The position numbers and the translations under genes are program-made. Source: Eledone cirrhosa (taxonomy: Eukaryota). From it: a stretch of 64,000 bases of DNA. The number at the start of each line of letters is the position of its first letter. The stretch's first letter is position 1. The notes below the pieces were generated by a model that was not told where the DNA came from, did no database searches, and worked only from the letters and a program-made list of their open reading frames with translations. The DNA lies in the NCBI GenBank assembly GCA_964016885.1, contig OZ024743.1, positions 187,922,001 through 187,986,000 on the forward strand, written 5' to 3'. Below are positions 40,636-53,849 of the stretch, piece by piece.

Positions 40636-41027
40636 TATATATATGTGTGTGTGTGTGTAATTTCTTAAAATGTTGTTCTCTCTCCTCTCCTCATCTCAAG
40701 ATGAGGCTTCTGTGTCAGAAAAGTGAGATACAGATGAGAATAGGAAATGTTTCTTGTGGGCATCTATGAAAGTGTTTGAAAGAGGGTGAGAGAAAGAAAG
40801 GGGGAGGAGAGCTGTGCTGGGAGTTTCACAGGGTGGTGAGTTTACTGTTGGGTTTTGCTTCTGTTGTTGTTTTTCTCATTGATGTTGCAATTACACATGT
40901 TCGTTTTGGTTGTTGGTTTAGTGCTGCTGTTCGCACAGCTACTGCAGCCATTGTTGATGTTGTTGCTATTGTTGTTGTTGTTATTGTTGTCGTGTGGTCA
41001 CTGCTGTCGTTGATTTTGGTACTGTTG

Positions 41028-41127
41028 CTGCTCTTGTTGTTGCTATTGCTGATGGTTCTGCTCTTGTTGTTGCTATTGCTGATGGTTCTGCTCTTGTTGT
41101 TTCTATTGCTGATGGTTCTGCTCTTGC
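41028..41127. repeat. 30-bp minisatellite, about 3.3 copies, in (GTT)-rich low-complexity DNA
   Basis: Unit CTGCTCTTGTTGTTGCTATTGCTGATGGTT. Confidence 0.9.
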
Positions 41128-42040
41128 CATTATTTGATACTATTGTTATTGTAGGGACCACAGAGTCAAAAGGAGTGGTGGTTTCCTCTCCCCCATTTTC
41201 TTGTTTTAGCAGAAGGCATTTAGGTGGATTGTGGCCTGACTTAGATGCATTTGGTCTTTATGTTCTCGACTCCTACATGTAGTTCCACCTCTACACATAA
41301 CTCCACTTCATTCAACAAGTGAATAAGGCCTGGGATTACTTATAGCTTTTCTGGCTTCATCTGATGCAGGATCTGTAGTCTGAATTCAAACCAGTTCTTG
41401 TGCATAATCCTTTCCAAGACCAGATGCTTATTGGCCTTCTTTACGAGAGTACAGACCAAAATTCACTGGATATCTAAACCTTATAGGACACCTGATATTC
41501 TTAGTCAGACTGACCATCTCAAAATTTTTGTGGGAAAGAGGACAGATTCCTCACTGCAATTGTGAACCATAGTGGGATCATACAAGGGTTTTATTTTTGA
41601 AGAAGAACCCTACACAGGCTGACTGCTTTGCTCTCACTGCTTGGTCTACATCTAACTATATTTCAGGTAGCACCTTCACTCTATCTTCTCTACCATCCAT
41701 TCTGACAACCTCCTTAGCCTGGGCTAATGTGACATATTTGTTGGTAAGAGATAGCGGATATAATTCTGTTTGGGTATTTGCATTAGTGAACATTTTCCAT
41801 GTTTTTATTTATTATTTGTCTATCTTTCATGTTTTAGATATATTTGTGCTTTTCATAATCATCCTTTTATACATAACTTTTATACATAACATCTTCATAA
41901 CATTCATTTTCATTTTGTACATTCATACCTATATATGAATCTATATATTTTAACATTTTTATATCTTTTCAAATTAGAATTTTCATACCAAAAAAAAAAA
42001 AAAAAATTTAAATATGAAAATATTAAAATTTATATTGTCA

Positions 42041-42375
42041 ATGCACATGGCTTAGTGGTTAGAGTGTTTTGCTTGCAACCATGAGGTTGTGAGTTCAATT
42101 CCCAGACTGTATACTTCAATTCCCAGCATTGTATCCTTGAGTAAGACACTTTAATTCACATTGCTCCAGTTTACTCAACTGTAGAAATGATTTGCTATGT
42201 TACTGGTGCCAAGCTGTGTCAGCTATTGCCTCTCCCTTGGACAACATCGGTGGCATAGAGGAGAGATTAGTATACATGGATAACAGCTGGTCTTCCAGAA
42301 ACAACCTGACCCAGATTATGCTTTGGAGAGTAACCTTCTAGGTGCAAATCTCATGGTCATTCATGACCGAAGGGA
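42041..42375 (+). mobile_element. SINE with family B head/core and a different 3' half
   Basis: GCACATGGCTTAGTGGTTAG..GAGTTCAATTCC..TCCTTGAGTAAGACACTTT; 3' part resembles 22165-22250. Confidence 0.8.
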
Positions 42376-42635
42376 GGACGGGGTCTCCTTTTTTTCTATT
42401 TTCAAATTCATTATTTTATTATTATTGATCAAATTCTATGGTTACTTGTCATCTTGAATGCGCATGGCATCACAACAGCCACTGCTAAATGCTGCAGGCT
42501 GCATTAATCAATCAATTAATTAGCCATGACTTAGCAAGTAATATATTCTTAAAATTCAATCCCTTCATGTCCTGAACATATTTTAACCAGCCATAGTAAA
42601 TATAAACTCACCTGGTTCTAGCATTCTGACTTAAA

Positions 42636-42825
42636 ATAATTGTTTCTACTTTTGGCATAAGGCCAGCAATTATCCCAGCGAATTACAGGTACTTTATTTT
42701 ATCGACCCCGTAAGCATGAAAGTCAAAGTTAACAACCGTGGGATTTGAACTCAGACTGCAAAGGGCCGTAACTCTATGCTGCAAAGCATGGCATCCGACC
42801 CCCTACCGATACTGCCAGTCCCCCG
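42636..42825 (-). mobile_element. SINE family A copy
   Basis: Similarity to 2559-2747. Confidence 0.88.
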
Positions 42826-43417
42826 TAATGATCAATAAAATCCCTTAATATATTTCAAATAGCATTCACACCATATAACCATTACAAGATGAAATATTCA
42901 TAAAATGCTTGCACTCTACATTCATGCACACATTCACAAACCAAAGCAACTACAAAAGCAGCCATCAAAGAAAATATCAACATGCAGCCCTCACATACAC
43001 AACCTAATATTCCATATTCTTTGTTGCCTAATGCACTCACGGTTAATATGTTTATATATTTAAATGTTCATCTGTAAACCTTCTATTGAGTAATTCTAGT
43101 CGGTGTATGTAAACAACTTGAAAGAACTTTTAAGTATTTCGCTGAACATCAGGAACAGCAATTTCTTTACTACTAACTCACAAATAATTCAGAACTAGAT
43201 AAACTCTATTTCACTCTACTGTAAAGTATTGAGTACTTTTCTATATTATTGCATACACAACCATATTAGTGTTTATCTTATGTAATCCCACATTCACACC
43301 CACAGATTCACACCTATATATATATATCAGAGAGGTGTGGTAAAAAACCAGGTGGACCAAAATCCACCAGAGTACTCGATACTTGAGTAGTAGAGTGGGT
43401 AATAGGAAAAGACTCAG

Positions 43418-43524
43418 AACCCCAATGGCTGAGTTCCGGCCATTTCAACTGCTAGATCCGAACTGCACGGATCTGAACAGTTCGGATCTAGCTTTCAAAA
43501 TGGCGGAGCTCAGCCGTTGGGGTC
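43418..43524. repeat. GC-rich hairpin / MITE-like palindrome, arms about 48 bp
   Basis: ACCCCAATGGCTGAGTTCC..GCTAGATCCGAACTG / CAGTTCGGATCTAGC..GGAGCTCAGCCGTTGGGGT. Confidence 0.85.
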
Positions 43525-44039
43525 ATGAATCTTTTCACACATACACACACACAGAGACACACATATATATATATATACACACACACTTAAGAAAATAAAC
43601 AAATAAAAGACAAGACAATGAACGAAAACATGGCTAAACGAAAAACAATTTTTAAAGGGGAACACTATAAAAATTGTTATACTTTGGGAGGGTCATGTTG
43701 CCAATAAAAATTATTTTTTGAAAATAAAAATACAAACACAAGACAAAGCACTCCAGGTTGACACTTACCAATAGTATTGTAGTTCTGACTTGGGTCAGAA
43801 TGTCTGACACAAGCCAAAAGGCTATCCATGGAGTAAGAGACAACACAAAACAATAATTTTAAAGCAATTAAGCTATAACATGTATTATATAGAATTTATG
43901 TGGCATCATGGAAAATATACTGTAATTTTTATAATATGAGAGTCTCATGAAACAAGAGTCTCCTATGTACTTAAAAACCAGTGGACCAACCATGTTCAAA
44001 CTTGATATGTACGTTCCTGGAAGGAATGGCAAAATTGGG

Positions 44040-44905
44040 CTAGCAGAGAGCTAGCGAGGAGAGAGGCAAGGCGACAAGTATACTTTGCAAGGAAGGAATC
44101 AGAAAGTAAAATATGTATGCATGTTATGTGGAGTGATGACCAAATATGCAAGGTATTCAGGATTGCAAGGTAGTATTCAGGGAAAATAGCGATGTTGTCA
44201 GGGTGAAGTGTATCTGAGATGACAATGGTGCACTCACCATCACTGAAATAAAAAAAGAAGGCAGCATGGAAGGGTCATTATGAGAGACTGACGAAAATGG
44301 AGAATGTGAGGGAGGAAGATAGTCTGCCCCTAGGTTGACACTACAGAGGGACCTGTTACTAGAAGTCAGAAGCAGTGTAGTATGTAAGGCATTAAGTACA
44401 TGAAAACAGACAAATAAGCAGGTCCATCAGCAATATTTGCTGAGATGCTGAAAGCATCTGGGATGGTAGGACACACTATAACCACCCATATTGTTAACCA
44501 AATAATACAAAATGGTGCTATACCCAATGACTGACATAGTAGCATCATCGTCAGCGGCTACAAATACAAAGTTGATGCACTAAACAGATGTAATTACCAT
44601 AGAATCAAACTGATGGACTAGGGCATGAAAGTTGTAGAAAGTGACATTGTACAACTGATTAGGGATCGAATTAACAAAGCTGAGATGCAGTTCTGATTAG
44701 TGCCAGGTAAAAGTACCATGGATGCCCTCTTCATCGTGAGGCTAAAAGCAAATCCCTCTACTTAGCATTTGTTGACTTAGAGAAAGTCCCCACCCATTCT
44801 GTAATCTGGTGGCTAATTAGGAAACTAGGAATAGAAGAGTGGCTAATGAGGGGGGCGTACAAGCCATGTACAAAGGTGCTATCAGCAAGGTTAAAATTAA
44901 TGAGT
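44040..44905 (+). mobile_element. Older RTE LINE internal fragment
   Basis: AGPSAIFAEMLKASG, NYHRIKLMD, AFVDLEK; paralogous to the 17480 copy. Confidence 0.85.
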
Positions 44906-45549
44906 ATAGTCTCTGATCCACACTATCAAGAAACATTACACCAAAAATTCTTTGGAGGAACCCATTTCGGCCATTTGTATTCGCAGGTGTACCTTTATTG
45001 CATACATAATCAGTGTACAGTTCCTTTTCAATTTCTTATATATATAATTGGTTATTCTAGACAACCCAACTTACGAAGTGAATATGCTTCTCTGAAGAGA
45101 GCTAATAAGATTCAAACATCCATTGCTTTCATCACGTTGGAAACAAGACAACACTGCATTGTTTCTTTATGTTCTGAAATATTTAGATCACCTGCTTCTC
45201 AGAATTAGAATGCAATAAAATTTATTGTATTATTGTCCTTTATTTTCTATATAGTGTGGAATCAAGCAGTCAATACGATTTTAGATAAAGACTGAGAGCT
45301 TTTTGCTTTTAAGTTCAAATCTGCTGTTTTGGGGGAAGAAGTTTTTATTGACTCCATATAAACAAGTTCATCAACCTATTATAAATATATACCACTCTCA
45401 TTTTGAAATATTAACTGCCAATGTTTTAGTTGACACACACACATACACAAATATTCTTACATAGACACATGCTCAAATACACTTACATAGACACATACAC
45501 ATAGATATTTTATGTTATATCCTGTGCACTTATAGTTATAGATAGGTAA

Positions 45550-46100
45550 GAATCTTAAACTACATAATAGGTACATAATGTTGATGTTAAACTAAAATAT
45601 GTATGATTAAGCTACATGTTATAAATCCAGTCCATTAGATATACAACACCATGAAAATCTATAAGAATTCTCAGAATTTCTGTAGCTGATTTAAGCAGTT
45701 TATTGTATACATTTTAACAATGGTATTCGTGTCACTCAATAACCAACCACCTCTTATCTCATTGGAAAATATTGTAATGAATATTAATATGAACACATAT
45801 ACATACATAATAGCTTTGATATGAAATATTGTAATAAGCTGATGAATAAAGCAAGATTTCTCCTTCAGTGATATTACAAATTTTCTGAAAACACCCTTTC
45901 AGCTGGAAATTTTGTAAATTGAATTCTATGAGACAACAAGACATAACTCACATAATGAAAACTATTTTGTAGAAACTAATGAAAGAATGAAACCTTGGCT
46001 AAATTGTTCTCTACTAACTTGAATTGCTAATAAAACTGTGCTGTGACTTGAAATCATGGTTTGTTATAATCAATCATGAAATACAGCTTGAACATTTTTA
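45550..46100 (-). pseudogene. Decayed RNF213-like fragment (post-RING E3 region)
   Basis: ELCLVVS*NSIYK, IHQLITIFHIKAIM, EILRILIDFHGVVYLMDW (cf. ELYMLFINCLEDSI, YLQEVARIR, YLVRKLSSQRG). Confidence 0.4.
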
Positions 46101-46164
46101 ATATCCTCTTAGTTTCTAAAGCAAGTATTATACATTAGAAATCTCTCTCTTTCACTCTCTTTCC

Positions 46165-46765
46165 ATCATCATCATCATCATCATCATTTTACGTCCGCTT
46201 TTCCCTGCTTGCATGGGTTGGACGGGTCTTATTCAGCATAGCATCTCTCCACTTGTCACGGTCCTTCATCATCTCCTCTGTGAGTTTCATCAATCTGAGG
46301 TCTGCTCTCACCACCTCTGCCCATGTTTTCCATATATATATATATTTGATATATATATATATAGATACATATACCCAATTGCACCTCTCAAAGGCGATGA
46401 CACAGGACCGTGACCTCTGGCATCACACAGTAATACAAAAGACCTGACTTCCCATTGGTACAAGCCAAAGCTGAAGCATATAGACAATATCCACACCCCT
46501 CCCACTACAAAGTGGTCATGGAAGTGTCATGACAAAAAAGCACCCAGCCCACACTGTAAAGTGGCCATGTAGGTGCCACAGTAAAAAATCACCTAGCACT
46601 CACTGCAAATGAGGCTAGTGTTAGGAAGTGCATCCAGCTGTAGAAACCAAGCCAGAATCAGTTCCTGTATGAGCAAGACAAGGTCACCCAGCCTGGCACT
46701 GCCCACAACAGGACAACCCATCTAACCCATGCTAGCGTGGAAGAATGGACTTAAAATGGTGATGA

Positions 46766-46770
<5 letters not shown>
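46165..46770. mobile_element. Two head-to-head RTE 3' stubs (46165-46330 minus; about 46375-46770 plus) around a TA tract
   Basis: KTWAEVVRADL..DRDKWR on the minus strand; DRDLWHHTVIQKT plus 3' UTR on the plus strand. Confidence 0.8.
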
Positions 46771-46799
<29 letters not shown>

Positions 46800-47899
46800 T
46801 TATATAAAACATAGATGGCTGGACTTTTGGACTATATAGTCTAGGTTAAATAGTCTTCGGTATAAATTTCCATATTTAATTTGATACATTACTTCCTTGC
46901 CTGAAACTATTAAACTAGAAAACAAAATATCTATTTTAGTGAATAAAAAAATTCTAAGAATTTACATTATTAGTGTAATACAACATTCTGATTACTCTCA
47001 ATAAACCTTCTACTGTAAATAAAATTAATATTATATGTTTTATGTACCACATTTTACATCAAGATGTCCACAGTATCATGGATAGAAATGATGAACAGTT
47101 ATTTCTATATAACATATCTATTTGAACAGTTGAGCATAGCTTTATACATCCAGCCAATTATTCCAGGCTCAACAGCATCAGTAACAAAAGTAACAAAAGT
47201 AACAAAAGTAACAAAAGCAACAAAATTTTCATAATTTACTACATCATTCAAACTGTTGGCTTTGGCCATTCAGAGGACATGGTGATTTCAGTTAATTCTT
47301 GTTTTGTTTTGTTTTAATCACTTTTATTATTGTAGCCAGAGATTTTGGTCTTTTCAGCCTGTATGTAGCATGAAATATGTTCTTCCCTTTTCTTCAGATG
47401 TATTGTTTTTCACCATCCAGATAATTTACTAATGATATTGATCAATTCTCCTTATTCAAAACTTCCTCATCCCCATTTTCTCTCAACATTCTACTATTAA
47501 CAACCTATGCAACAATATCAAACCTTTGCAACAATAACAAGCTATGGTAAGTTATAGAGTGCTCAAGAGGATAAAAATAACTTATTCATAGACGATATGC
47601 CAAAGACAGTATGTGCAAGCTTATTCAACCAATAGCAAAAAATACAAATAAGTATGGGAAACAAATCTGAAGGAAGAGTAACCAAATAAAACTATTCTCT
47701 CAGAAAAGGAAAAAAAATGTCTTAAAGTCATGATATTGATATGCATTTTATTGGCCTAAGTAAACAGACTGACAAGGATTGTTGATGTAAAATAGAACAC
47801 TCTAGTTTATTTAATATGCATGCATTAATATATATAAAACAGGAAATAGTAATCCATACTTTACGCAAACAGTGTTTAAATGGATGTTCAAAACTGCCA

Positions 47900-48750
47900 C
47901 AAAATACAATGAGATCAATTTTGTTCTAACATTGGCAGTAGTTGATATTAAACTTCTGTAGAGGTGATTTGATCACGAAAAAGTATAAATAATTTATAGA
48001 TAAGGAATCCAAACATAGCCATAGAAGTTTGTTTGTTTTAGCAAAGAATTTATGCTTTGAATTTCCATTTTATAGCTGTCATGGCCACTTCAAAGCTAAG
48101 TTTCCTACTACTGTTTATCCCATTAATGCTTCAGTGTAGAATTTTCAGAGAATCTTTCAATGATACTGGTATTTTCAACTCTCTGAACAAACTGTATTAA
48201 TGTAGTTCTTTCAAAAGAAATCCCACCTTAGGTTTCCATGTACTTTTATTATCTTTCATCATGGTGAAAATAAAATCAAGAATCTCCGTTTATTCAATGA
48301 CATTATGATAACATTTATGCTATCATAAATGGAAAAATAGAGCACACAATTATGTTGGGTGAGATAAGATAAATATGAATAATGGAAATAATAGTGATTG
48401 TGATATAAATACTTTACGGACAATAGAGAACTGGATGCTAAATTAGGAAAGATTAGGTTCAAACCTGGATAGTAGATAAGATTCTGTTCCTCCACTATTA
48501 TATGATTTATCTGTGTGACATGTTTCTGATGTACTTCTAGAATAATTGACTGAGTAATAATTCATTATGAAAAATATTCAGCTGGCAAAACAATAGAGAT
48601 CCTAAAGATCCAGGTAAGAGCCCTGAATATTTGATACTCCCTTCAATAAAAGTGGATTTTGAGAATAGCTGCCTACTATCACCCAGTGGTATCAAAAGTT
48701 TGTTTTTTTTCCACCTTGCAAAATGTTCCTCAGAAGCACTTTATAATGAA
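47900..48750 (-). pseudogene. Decayed RNF213-like fragment (C-terminal domain)
   Basis: EHFARWKK, LLPGSLGSLLFCQLNIFHNELL, VEEQNLIYYPGLNLIFPNL, EILDFIF, DSLKILH (cf. LLPRRRGLGLC..LIRLHNEIV, VTELHVISYE.E.DL.PLI, QLKH). Confidence 0.6.
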
Positions 48751-49347
48751 TATATATATATAATTTATTATAAATTTCCGGTTGGTTGGTTAAATAACTG
48801 GAAGGTTGTTTATATATTGTCACCCCCACCACACACACACACACATATATATATATATAATATTTATAATGAGTATAACCGAAGTTGCAGCTGCCTAATA
48901 GCAGATGTTCATCGAATTATAAGAGGCAGTGACGGAGTAATCAATGATGTAAGAAATTAATACATTTACATCCAGAGTGAACTCAAAAAGTTAATGAAGA
49001 GTGACACCAAGGTGACCAAAAGCATGTTGCCAAAATAATTCAACATTGATATATACAAACAAGTCAAACACTAACCAGGACCATCTTGAGTTGACATGAA
49101 TCTATAAAAAATCGATAAAAATTTTCGATATATTTCTTGGATTCGGGGGAGATACATTTCAAGTTGAATAATTTATATGCTAGTCAGTGGTGCATCTTTT
49201 GGTGGGACAGGGATATTGCTTCATCAACAGGTTTGTGTTCCAGGGTATCCAATTCGTTTGATTGCTAGCTGACACTGGCAGTCTACTGTAGCAGTCAAAG
49301 CAGTGTGATCACGTGACCTTTCTAAATAAAAGAGGAAGGTAAATCGG

Positions 49348-49420
<73 letters not shown>

Positions 49421-49705
49421 AAAAGAAAATTTTAGCTCTACATGGCTGACTACAATAAATGTAATCTCAGTTTTTCGAATAATAATAATAACATCCGATT
49501 CGTTTGCAATTGTGCAAACAAGCCTCAGTTTTATAGCCATGTCAGTAGAATGAACTCTTCATTCTTGCTTTTCTGTTGGCATGTAAACAAAACTGCAGAC
49601 ACTAATGTTTCTGAGTATCACCCTTCATCAGTACAGCTCACTGTTCACCTGCCAAACTGTCAGAGCTAGTGAAAATATATGCTATTTTCGAAAATATACA
49701 GTGAC

Positions 49706-49803
49706 TGATTTGCATATTAGCAGACTGGCTGATCAGTCAGATCTGCATATTAGCAGATCCACTGATCAGCCAGATTTGCATATCGGCAGACTGGCCAGTC
49801 AGC
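49706..49803. repeat. 33-bp tandem repeat x3 with octamer-like ATTTGCAT
   Basis: GATTTGCATATTAGCAGACTGGCTGATCAGTCA and two variants. Confidence 0.85.
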
Positions 49804-50413
49804 TTCCTGTATACGAGCGATAAATAGCCGGCTTTGCCAAATACGAATAAAAAAAGAAAATTTTCGCTGTACATGGCTGGCTACAATAAATGTAATCTGA
49901 GTTTTAACACCCATCTTCTCTGCTAACAAAGTTTCGATGGGTCTTCTTAGACAAAGACAGTATTCCAGCAAAGCTACTAACCTTCCATATATTCCCACAT
50001 TCTACTTAGTGCATATAATTATCGCACCAGCACTAAGGAGATTGTCATGGTATTAACACAAATGAACACACTTCTTGAAATGTATATATACATACATATA
50101 TATAGTTGTTGTACAGTTGCAATAAATGGTGTCCATAGGCAGTATGCCGTTTGGGCACACGATGCTCGCGCAGAGCATGGTATATTATTATAGATAATGA
50201 GGAACGGATCGAATGGCTTCAATCGGATGAAATGCTTTGAAAGCGCTAAGCATATCTGAGGACCTTGTGAATGCAGAGTCAGGTTCAATCTGTAATAGAT
50301 CCTGCCTTGAGGTGATCATCGGAGAAACATATGTAATATATTGATAAATTGTGTTTTGATGCATCACTTATTCCTTGTTATATATATATATATAAATACA
50401 TATATATAATATA

Positions 50414-50492
<79 letters not shown>

Positions 50493-50638
50493 AGTATATG
50501 TTGGTTGTTTACCGACACCTCAGTATGCAGATTGGAGCACTCGACAAAGTACGCAGATTGGTTTGGTTACTCCGGAGTAATGTAAAATAAAGTAATTAAG
50601 TCAAATATTTAAAATTTGGCTTCGTTTATTAAAGATGT

Positions 50639-50693
50639 ACTGCTATATATATTTTGGTGACAGCCATCATTGGCTGTGACCTCTTCAGGCAGT
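50639..50693 (-). ncRNA. Minimal hammerhead ribozyme motif with a G12>A lesion
   Basis: ACTGC-CTGAAGA-GGTCACAGCCA-ATGA-TGGCTGTCACC-AAAA-TATATA-TA-GCAGT. Confidence 0.65.
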
Positions 50694-52034
50694 CCGAATT
50701 GGTGTGGTAGAGACAGGTACACATGTTGTTAAAGTGTTTTACTCCATCAATACTCCGATATGTCTACTCAATCTGGCATGGTCTTGGATTAAACAACAGC
50801 AAATAAGTGCCTCTGTAAAAGTTATGAAAATGTAACACAGATTGTAGAAGCTATTATCATCAACAACATGGCCATGATCATCATCCACATCATCCTGCAC
50901 ATCAACATCATCATTACTATCATGATCATCACTCCCATTTAATGTTGGGTTTTCTCTACTAGCAAAATAAATATCTCATGTCCTTAAAGACTAGTAACAT
51001 TCAGAAGACAATAGCTGATGTTTTACAATAACAATAGTCTCATGTATGACATTTAAAATGTATAGGTCAAGTAGAATGTGACGTCAAAGGAAACCAACCA
51101 GGCACAATAGTTAATATTCATTTATACCAAAGACTTACACAAGAGAACACATACAGGAATTTCAAAATTTAGTCTGTGTGGTGAATACACAAAATGTAGA
51201 TATTTGTCATATTTTGTTTATTATTAAGCAACAAACAGAACTGCCAAACCAATGATTATGAACATAGAGTTCATATTCCATATGGACCAATTTGAATGTT
51301 TTGAGGAACAACTTTTGTAAATTTTTCAATATAACTTTCTAACATCAGATATGAATATTATATTCAGAAAAGGTGGGAGGGTTGACCTTTTTGAGGTGTC
51401 ATTGTAGGGTGGGGAACAAAAATAGTTCAGAACCACTGCTCAACATGTTGCCTTGTCCTGTAAGAAATATTAATTAAATCTATGTCGAAATCACTCCCTA
51501 ACAATTTAATCCTTAAAACACCTGTTTGAAACCACCGCCATTTAAATGTTCAAATTTGAATTGGTCTATTTCTTCCCCTTTTTCACTTTCGCTTTTCACA
51601 CACACTGAAAAAAAATATTCCTGTGTGTTGCAAGAAGCAACTAAAAAAGTTGATGTCAGGGAAAACATCAAGTTGAAAACATTCCATGAAACCCATGCCA
51701 GCATGGAAAACTCAATGTAAAATTGACAAAGATGACAATGATGATATATATAGATATATACATATATAATTTGTTACAACTGTGTCATATACAGATACTT
51801 AAGGTTCGGTGTTTGTGTGTGTGAGTGTGTTTGTGTGTTTTAGCGTAATTGTGTATGTTTATGTGAGTGTAGATGTACGTATTTAGAAAATTTATAGTTT
51901 TTTCACCTGTGTAGAAGGACTGATTAGCCTCATTTGCATTGGGAGCTGTGTAAGTTGGTTCAACTTAAAAGTAGAATTAAAATTAAACTCCAACATAGCT
52001 GTATAGATACATGTATAAGAATTTCATATATCTA

Positions 52035-52959
52035 AATATATACGTGAACGTAATATACGTGAACGGCAAAGCATAAATGTGTAGTAGTAATATACGTGAA
52101 CGGCAAAGCATAAACATGTAATAGTAATATACGTGAACGGCAAATCATAAACGAACTAAGGGAGAAATTAGGAATAAGAGGGATCAGATGTTGTATACTC
52201 GAGAGAAGACTACGTTGGAACGGTCACGTGATGCGCATGAAAGACGACAGCTGTATAAAAAAGTGCAGGGCGATAAAAATAGACAGTAGCCACGGAGGAG
52301 GCAGATCCAGAAAAACCTGGGACGACTTGATAAATTCCGACCTCACACACTTACACCTCTCCAAGACAATGTCACTGGGCCGAGATCTTTGGCGCTACAC
52401 AGTTATACAGAAGACCCGCCTTGCCTAAGTACAAAGCGAAACCTACAGTCAGTAGGCACCTCTAACAAAATACACACCCACCCCCCGTCCCACTACCCCC
52501 ACCCCATCCACACCACCCCCTTAAATGTGAAGTTATGCTGGTACCACAACATCCAGTCCGAAACAAATGAGGTCGTGTAGGTGTCACGACAAAAAAAACA
52601 CACAGTTCACGCTGTAATGTGGTTGTGTAGGTAACACGGTAAAAACCTCCCAGTACACACTGTAAACGTGGTTGGCGTTGGGAAGGGCACCCAGCCGTAG
52701 AAAACCCGCCAGACGTGTAGGTGTCACGACAAAAAAACACACAGTCCACGCTGTAATGTGGCCGTGTAGGTAACACGGTAAAAACCTCCCAGTCCACACT
52801 GTAAACGTAGTTGGTGTTAGGAAGGGCATCCAGCAGTAGAAAACCCGCCAGACAGTCCTATACGAGCAGGACAGCCAATCTTGCCTCGAGTGGGAAAACT
52901 CCCGTCCAAACCCATGCAAGCGTGGAAGATGGATGTTAAACGATGATGATGATGATGAT
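52035..52959 (+). mobile_element. RTE LINE 3' fragment with reiterated 5' end and duplicated 3' UTR unit
   Basis: Same family as 17480 (MRMKDDSCIKKCRAIKID..RKTWDDL). Confidence 0.92.
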
Positions 52960-53002
52960 ACTGTCCTGATGATAGCCAGAACTTGAAATGTGCATAGATA
53001 GT
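52960..53002 (+). ncRNA. Minimal type I hammerhead ribozyme motif
   Basis: ACTGTC-CTGATGA-TAG-CCAGAA-CTT-GAAA-TGTGCA-TA-GATAGT; weak stem II with a T-T mismatch. Confidence 0.55.
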
Positions 53003-53157
53003 TGTCCCCTGTTGTTTCTGCTGGAATCTGCTAGACGGTGCTAGCCATCAGCCTTTTAATATTCATAGCTAGGCTTTCAAAAGGTTTATTTATTAAACAT
53101 ATTATATATCTTCAGATATTCGAAATTTACATATATGTTGGAGCTAAATTTTAATTC

Positions 53158-53221
<64 letters not shown>

Positions 53222-53226
<5 letters not shown>

Positions 53227-53849
53227 AGAGTTTCAAATACTTGGGAGCAGTCTTGTCAAAAGATGATACCTGCATCACAGAAATCTGCACACGGATTGCC
53301 ACAGCAATGGCAATGATGGCCAAATTGGCAAGAATATGGAGGAGCAAAATCAGTGTTCAGACCAAGTACAGATTGTACAAAGAGCTGGTAGTCTCTGTCC
53401 CCCTATATGGGTGTGAGACCAGGACACTTGTGTCAGAAACAGAGAGAATGATCCAGGCATTTGTATTTGAGGACAAATGCATGAGAAAACTCCGTCGTAT
53501 TCCCTATTGGGAACGTAAAACCAATGAATATGTGCAGAGTAAGGTTAAAAGTTTTGTGGGTCACCAGGAACCTCTCCTCGCCACTGCCAAGAGGAGGAAA
53601 CTGGCATGGTTTGGCCATGTCACACAACATGAGAGCCTGTGCAAGACCATCGTGCAAGGCACCATTGAAGCTGGATACAGGAGGGGCACCAATGCAAAAA
53701 CTGATTGGACGATGTTAAAAAATGGGCGTAAATGAAAACGCCAGATTTGTTGATGGTTGCTGTTGATAGACTATTTTGAGCGTATGCTGCTTCTGCAGCA
53801 GAATCCCCCAGATGACTACAGAAGTCAAAAGACTGATGATGATGATGAT
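53222..53849 (+). mobile_element. RTE LINE 3' fragment (another family)
   Basis: FKYLGAVLSKDDTC..LYGCET..KRRKLAWFGHVT..(GAT)n tail. Confidence 0.9.

Noticed and set aside
40776-41282. 168-aa hydrophobic ORF
   Set aside because: Derived from (GTT)-rich low-complexity DNA and a 30-bp minisatellite
45085-45190. CTGAAGA..GAAA hammerhead-like remnant (similar remnants at about 21585-21620 and 37465)
   Set aside because: Stems or core too degenerate to call
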